Assembly: GCA_043813875.1 (NCBI GenBank)
Contig: JBDRKP010000064.1
Coordinates: 1-31,829, forward strand
Origin: an archaeon
GTDB taxonomy: Archaea > EX4484-52 > B79-G9
DNA length: 31,829 nucleotides
Reading direction: 5' to 3'
Part shown: piece by piece, positions 27,098 to 31,829 of the stretch
Position numbering within the stretch: position 1 is the first letter of the stretch
Layout: each line of letters starts with the position of its first letter
Made by a program: the position numbers and the translations under genes
The notes under the pieces: model-generated
What the model saw: the letters and a program-made list of their open reading frames with translations, nothing else
Database searches by the model: none
What the model was told of the DNA's origin: nothing

Positions 27098-27704
27098 ATG
27101 CAGATCAGAAGCATAAGACAGGGATTCAGCTGCGAGCACAGCTCAGTAAACTACGAGTTTGTCACAGAAAAAAAGATAACTGATGATATTAAGGAAATAT
27201 TAAAAAGAAGCCGCGAAGACTACAATATCAGTGCCAGTGCCAAAAAAATATCCATGCACCTCGATGGCGAAGACTACATCGATGACCAGTTGCAGGATGC
27301 ACTTCTACAAAAAATGCCGCTTCTCATATACGAGGACTACGACTGGTGGAACTTCATACTGATGTTTGATTATGACAGGGGCCTCTTTGATGCCCTGAAA
27401 AAATACGAATCTGAAGGCAAAAGCGAATACTATGTCTCAGTAAGCAGGGAAGGCCGGAGGATACAGTTGTGGATATGCGTGCATTTAGATTACGGGGAGT
27501 TTCATGACCTTGATGAAAGAGACACTTTTCGCGGCTTGCGAAACCTCTTTCTTGAGGCAAGGCGCAACATCCAGAACGGCGATTATGAGTGCATAAAGAT
27601 GTTCCATATCTACTGCAAAAACAGGGGGGGGCTATAACAGATACATTCCCTCATCAGAAATCGCAAAAAAGCTCAAGCCGCTTCTTGCGACAAATGTATT
27701 ATGA
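27098..27704 (+). pseudogene. Hypothetical protein (paralog A), apparently frameshifted at a G8 tract
   Basis: ATG 27098 lies 2 nt after the radical SAM stop. The frame ends at TAA 27637, just after G8 (27624-27631); removing one G extends it as YNRYIPSSEIAKKLKPLLATNVL* to 27704, matching the C-terminus of the paralog at 28214. Confidence 0.65.
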
Positions 27705-27708
27705 TGGT

Positions 27709-28203
27709 ATGATGGATTTTGATAAAGAAGAGATTCTGATCCTGCTGAAAAGCATCAAAATAATGGAAAATGGCGAGGCACTGCTGGGCATAGACATCGA
27801 GCGCGACAAAGTCAATTCCCTTATAAAAAAGCTTTCAAAAAGCGCCATTGAAACTGAGATAAAGGAAATAGACAATTCAATAGAATCACTCATAAAAGAA
27901 GCAGAAGAATACAGGAGCGGGCACAGTGAAGAATACGAAATACAGGACTTTGACGACGTCTTTGGCCCCTCATATCCTTACTCAGATACCATGAAGATAC
28001 TCAAAGAAGCCATAGAAAGCGGCAAATGCGTCGAGATAAACTATTACTCAGCAAACCAGGGCAAATTTACAAAAAGAAAAGTAAGGCCGGAAAGCATCGA
28101 GCGCGACGGCGGCGTTCCGTACCTGAATGCGTACTGCTTTTTGAGGAACGATAAGCGTGTCTTTAAGCTCGGGAGAATAAAAGAAATAAGAATCGTAGAC
28201 TGA
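27709..28203 (+). CDS. Stand-alone WYL-domain protein
   Basis: C-terminal LKEAIESGKCVEINYYS..TKRKVRP..PYLNAYCFLRNDKRVFKLGRI; no obvious HTH or WCX domain; start taken as ATG 27709. Confidence 0.85.
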   Translation: MMDFDKEEILILLKSIKIMENGEALLGIDIERDKVNSLIKKLSKSAIETEIKEIDNSIESLIKEAEEYRSGHSEEYEIQDFDDVFGPSYPYSDTMKILKEAIESGKCVEINYYSANQGKFTKRKVRPESIERDGGVPYLNAYCFLRNDKRVFKLGRIKEIRIVD

Positions 28204-28213
28204 GGTGATATCC

Positions 28214-28624
28214 GTGAGAATAATATCCATGCGTAAAGGATACGAATGCAACCACAGCACAAGGGATTACGGCTATATGTCGGGAATAAAGGTATATTAC
28301 GACTACGGGACTTTTGATATGACTTTTACGATCCCGTACAACACAGAACTCTTCAGGATGCTTCAGGATTTTAAAAATATAGATGCTTCAAAGAAGTTTA
28401 ATGTAATTGAAATCACTATCCGGCTGTATTGCGAGGAATATAATGAAAAGCCCAGTGAATACGTGGACCTTGCACTTGACATAAGGGATGCGATCATTAA
28501 AAAAGACAAGGATGTCATGACCATCCTTGACCTCTATCACGCAGAAAAGAAGGCATACAACAAGTTCAGGCCGGAAACAGAGCTTGCAAGAAAGCTAAAA
28601 AAAGATCTGACAGTATGTTTTTGA
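28214..28624 (+). CDS. Hypothetical protein (paralog B of the 27098 gene)
   Basis: GTG 28214 after GAGGTGA SD; N-terminus MRIISMRKGYECNHSTRDY and downstream segments align by eye with paralog A. Confidence 0.7.
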   Translation: MRIISMRKGYECNHSTRDYGYMSGIKVYYDYGTFDMTFTIPYNTELFRMLQDFKNIDASKKFNVIEITIRLYCEEYNEKPSEYVDLALDIRDAIIKKDKDVMTILDLYHAEKKAYNKFRPETELARKLKKDLTVCF

Positions 28625-28656
28625 ACTCTATAGTTGACATGTCGACGTGAGCGTTT

Positions 28657-29034
28657 ATGACGTACCGGAAAGAAAATCAGATAGAAGAGACAGATAAAAG
28701 AATCCTTGAAGTGCTTAAAGATACAGATAAACACGATATAATGAAAGCACTGAGAGCATGGAAGATACATCTTGAAAAGAATCTCCTATTTCCTTTCGAC
28801 GCCGTGATTTTCGAGGAACAGGAAGAAGACCCGCTTAAAGCTGGCGACAGGGTAAGTGTTCTAAGGATAGATGATTCAGATGATCTATACGGGTTGCTGG
28901 CTGAGATAAGGTTTGGGCGTCGTAAATATTATTTTCCACTGTGCGACCTTGAGGTTACAAAAAAACGTTCACCAAACTATCAGCCAGTGAGTGATTACTG
29001 CGTTTGGTTTGTAAATAGAGATCGCTACGATTAA
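28657..29034 (+). CDS. Calcium-binding protein CcbP-like family protein
   Basis: W..HLE..L.FPF.A..GD.V.V..DDLYGLL..FPLCDLE..N.Q.V.DY..WF.N pattern. Confidence 0.65.
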   Translation: MTYRKENQIEETDKRILEVLKDTDKHDIMKALRAWKIHLEKNLLFPFDAVIFEEQEEDPLKAGDRVSVLRIDDSDDLYGLLAEIRFGRRKYYFPLCDLEVTKKRSPNYQPVSDYCVWFVNRDRYD

Positions 29035-29136
29035 TAACATCTACAACATATAGTCAAATCCAACAAACGGCGCTATATTGGAAGGATACGCTCTTATGGC
29101 AAGAAGAGCAAAACAAATCAAGAGGTGTTTAAAATT

Positions 29137-29574
29137 ATGAACGAAAAAGGCATCTGCGCCATAGGCATAATAAAGCCGGAATCATTCTATGCCAATGAAA
29201 GCGAAAAAACAAAGCTGAACTGGTTTTGCTATGAATTATCCATGGTCATATATGGCACAATGAAACAGGACCTTGGAAGCCAGCTAAAAAAGCACAGGAT
29301 AGATGACAGAACCTTTGCTGATTTTTCAGTGCATCTCTCGAGGAAAATGAAGATAGAGATATTAAAAAAACTATCAGGCCAGATAAAAAATGTATGCATA
29401 TCATACGAAATGATTGAATCCTGTTTTCCAGGCATCGACGACAGATTACTTGATCAGATGCTGGATGCTGTCTCGAGTGCATGGGATAGGCATATGGATA
29501 CTTGCGTAATATGCCCCACCCGCTGCATCAGCGAAAGAAACATACATTGCACAATGTTTAATGACACAGAATGA
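29137..29574 (+). CDS. Hypothetical protein with C-terminal CxxCPxxC-x7-C cluster
   Basis: ATG 29137 after GAGGTG SD; ends CVICPTRCISERNIHC. Confidence 0.65.
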   Translation: MNEKGICAIGIIKPESFYANESEKTKLNWFCYELSMVIYGTMKQDLGSQLKKHRIDDRTFADFSVHLSRKMKIEILKKLSGQIKNVCISYEMIESCFPGIDDRLLDQMLDAVSSAWDRHMDTCVICPTRCISERNIHCTMFNDTE

Positions 29575-29589
29575 CATAATCGGGAATGA

Positions 29590-31305
29590 ATGGATATGGC
29601 AGAAAATATGAGTTTAAGGGAATTCATGGAAGAGGTAGAAAGGCGCATAAACAGCAGCTCCAAGGAGGCCCTCTGCACCATAATCATGGAATGGGCAAGA
29701 AATACAGATTCTTCTAGCCGCGATGATTTCCTTTTGATGCTTGCTCCGCCTGCAAAAAAAGAGCCTTCTGCCTACGGCGAAGAACTGCTTGAGGACATCT
29801 GCAGCTTGCTGAAACGTGTGGAAAAAGGCGATTATTCAGAAGGGTGGGGCTGGGACGATGAAATACATGATGAAAGAGAATTTGGCGACGAGAGCTGGGC
29901 AGATGAGGCAGATGATTTCTTTAAAGATGCCCGCGATGCGATGTTCGCCGGCAATTACAGCCTGGCAAAAGAGGCATATGCGCTCCTCTTTGAAATACTA
30001 AAGATGGGTGAAGAAACCGGGCATTTGCCGGGCCCGCCAGACCCGCTGGAGATACTCGAAACCGATCTTGAAGAAGCAGTTGCATGCTACCTGAGGTCTC
30101 TTTACATGGCATCGCCTGTTGGCAATCTGCCTGTCATGATATGGAAAACAATGCAGAAAGTCAGGCACCATATTAAAGGCAATCTGAATTTAAACTGTCT
30201 TATCAACGCAGACACCAGGCCGCTGCCGGAATTCAGTGAATTTCTGCAGGCATGGATAACCTTGATAAGAAGCACAAATGACGATTCATCAGCCTACCTT
30301 CTCTGTGAGGCAACAGTATTGTCTGGCGGCACGCCTGCTATTGCAGAGCTTGCGTGCAGGGAAGGCAGACGCTTTCCAAGAGCATACATAGAATGGATTG
30401 GCATTCTGGAAAAACAAAAAGATTACACCTCCATGCTAAGCGCAGCAAAGCAAGGGCTCCTTGATGTCCCGAAAGATTATGTGATCCGAAGAGAAATTGC
30501 AGGCGGCATGATACGCGCAGCAGGACACCTAAAAGACAGGGAACTCCGGCTTGCAGGCTGGCATGAAGCATTCTACTCCATGCCGTCCCTTTCAGACCTT
30601 CTCTCCATGCTGTCACTTGCAGAAGAAACCGGCTGTTACGATGAAAAAATAAGCGCTGCTATCGAAAGAATAGAGACGCTGAGAAAGAATGAGAAATCAG
30701 ATGGCCATGAATTCATAGAAAATGCAGACAAAATAAAATCCACTGCATCGGAAATACTCCTGTGCCAGGCATATCTTCTTGCAGGCCGCTATAGGGATGC
30801 CCTCTGTCTCTGTGAAAATAAAAAGGCGCTGGGATGGACTTACGGCAGCAATCCAAAGGCGCTGGTAATCCCGTTTTTTCTTGTGCTGTTAAAAGGAAAT
30901 AATAAGAGAACAACCCCTAACCTTGAAGAGTTATGGAATACTGCCACTGGTATTAGCGGTGAATACCATACTCTGCGCGATGCCGATGTGCCGCAAAGAT
31001 TCAAAGACGCGATGGCCAAGGTATTTTGCTCTATTCGGCTTTCAGACGATGAAGCGGACAAATACATGCACCTCTGCATTACAGAAGCAGGCAACAGAGC
31101 AGATGCAATCGTGGGTGAGAAGCACAGGGGAAGCTATTATAAGGCAGCAAATCTGCTTGTAGCAGCAGCCGAAGTGCTTGCCAGCCGCGGCAGGGAATCA
31201 GACGGCACACGCCTCATAGATAAATACCATCAGGTATACAATCGCCATTCAGCTTTCAGAAAAGAGCTGAAAGAAGCAGCAAAAAGATCAGGCATGTTTA
31301 TATAA
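29590..31305 (+). CDS. Large predicted alpha-helical hypothetical protein
   Basis: 571-aa ORF in operon context; acidic GWGWDDE..FGDESWA segment, helical-repeat-like body, C-terminal HRGSYYKAA..YNRHSAFRKEL. Confidence 0.7.
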   Translation: MDMAENMSLREFMEEVERRINSSSKEALCTIIMEWARNTDSSSRDDFLLMLAPPAKKEPSAYGEELLEDICSLLKRVEKGDYSEGWGWDDEIHDEREFGDESWADEADDFFKDARDAMFAGNYSLAKEAYALLFEILKMGEETGHLPGPPDPLEILETDLEEAVACYLRSLYMASPVGNLPVMIWKTMQKVRHHIKGNLNLNCLINADTRPLPEFSEFLQAWITLIRSTNDDSSAYLLCEATVLSGGTPAIAELACREGRRFPRAYIEWIGILEKQKDYTSMLSAAKQGLLDVPKDYVIRREIAGGMIRAAGHLKDRELRLAGWHEAFYSMPSLSDLLSMLSLAEETGCYDEKISAAIERIETLRKNEKSDGHEFIENADKIKSTASEILLCQAYLLAGRYRDALCLCENKKALGWTYGSNPKALVIPFFLVLLKGNNKRTTPNLEELWNTATGISGEYHTLRDADVPQRFKDAMAKVFCSIRLSDDEADKYMHLCITEAGNRADAIVGEKHRGSYYKAANLLVAAAEVLASRGRESDGTRLIDKYHQVYNRHSAFRKELKEAAKRSGMFI

Positions 31306-31332
31306 AAAATCTTACGGATAGTTTGTGATATC

Positions 31333-31710
31333 ATGCACGACATGGACATAATAGAAAAAGAACTGAAAAAGATAGATGAACAGGACAAACAAAAGCAACA
31401 GAAAACGCCTTCAATAGTCATGGAAGTCTGCCCGGTATTCGGCGAGCCGGACCTCACATACTGCCGCATGAGCGCAGGCGGCATAATATTCGGCCTGAGC
31501 GCAGAGCAGAAATACCAGTGCAAGAACTGCGGCTACGTAGGGTCGGTAAGCATCGAGATAAAAAGCGCCGACGACATCAGAAAGATAAAAGAGAACTACA
31601 GGAAGACCAGGATATCAAAAGACCCAAAGCCGGAGTTGATGACACCCGGTTCCGCCCGGCTGTGGCGCATCATAATCATCATCATAATCTTATTCCAGTT
31701 CTGGGTTTAA
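31333..31710 (+). CDS. Zinc-ribbon-like membrane-anchored protein, possibly degenerate or truncated
   Basis: VCPVFG..YQCKNCGYVG followed by a poly-Ile TM stretch; the stop codon is the first triplet of the downstream repeat. Confidence 0.55.
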   Translation: MHDMDIIEKELKKIDEQDKQKQQKTPSIVMEVCPVFGEPDLTYCRMSAGGIIFGLSAEQKYQCKNCGYVGSVSIEIKSADDIRKIKENYRKTRISKDPKPELMTPGSARLWRIIIIIIILFQFWV

Positions 31711-31829
31711 TACCCCGCAGCTTGCTGCGATTTTGAACGTGTGCACTTGAATGGGGGCTTTGATGAGTTGATATCTTAATAATTAGCATCGCCGTAATAC
31801 CCCGTAGCTTGCTGCGGGGATAGGCGATG
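31708..31829. repeat. Two copies of a palindromic TAATACCCCGYAGCTTGCTGCG repeat, IS200/IS605-end-like or REP-like
   Basis: TAATACCCCGCAGCTTGCTGCG at 31708-31729 and TAATACCCCGTAGCTTGCTGCGGGG at 31795-31819; the second is flanked by CATCGCC (31787-31793) and GGCGATG (31823-31829), forming a longer hairpin. Confidence 0.7.

Noticed and set aside
27589..27708. N-terminal extension of the WYL ORF
   Set aside because: This stretch is better explained as the frameshifted C-terminus of paralog A.
31708..31829. CRISPR array
   Set aside because: Only two units, a ~65-nt spacer, an extended hairpin and no cas genes in view; fits IS-end or REP-like palindromes better, although the window ends here.

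Overview
Archaeal chromosomal window. Evidence for Archaea: aIF5B, an archaeal SelB-like factor, GGTGA-type Shine-Dalgarno sites and TATA-like promoters; the lineage cannot be determined from sequence alone. In order: (1) tail of a type I restriction-modification locus (RhuM-family gene + hsdR); (2) an unusual 991-aa fusion of a tungsten-type aldehyde:ferredoxin oxidoreductase with two tandem hexulose-6-phosphate-synthase (HPS)-like barrels whose catalytic motifs have degenerated in a complementary way; (3) a surface-glycosylation cluster (flippase, two GT4, GT2, membrane proteins); (4) aSelBL, two hypothetical membrane proteins, mdh and infB; (5) a MITE-like element and an ArsR-led thiol-redox/organoarsenical-type operon; (6) purE-purB; (7) an accessory operon of a nucleotidyltransferase-radical SAM/SPASM fusion, two paralogous proteins sharing an N-terminal RxG(F/Y)xCxHS motif (one frameshifted at a G8 tract), a stand-alone WYL protein and several hypotheticals; (8) palindromic IS200/IS605-like repeats at the right edge. 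No rRNA, tRNA or CRISPR array was seen. The strongest candidates for undescribed biology are the AOR-HPS-HPS fusion and the radical SAM/paired-paralog/WYL operon.
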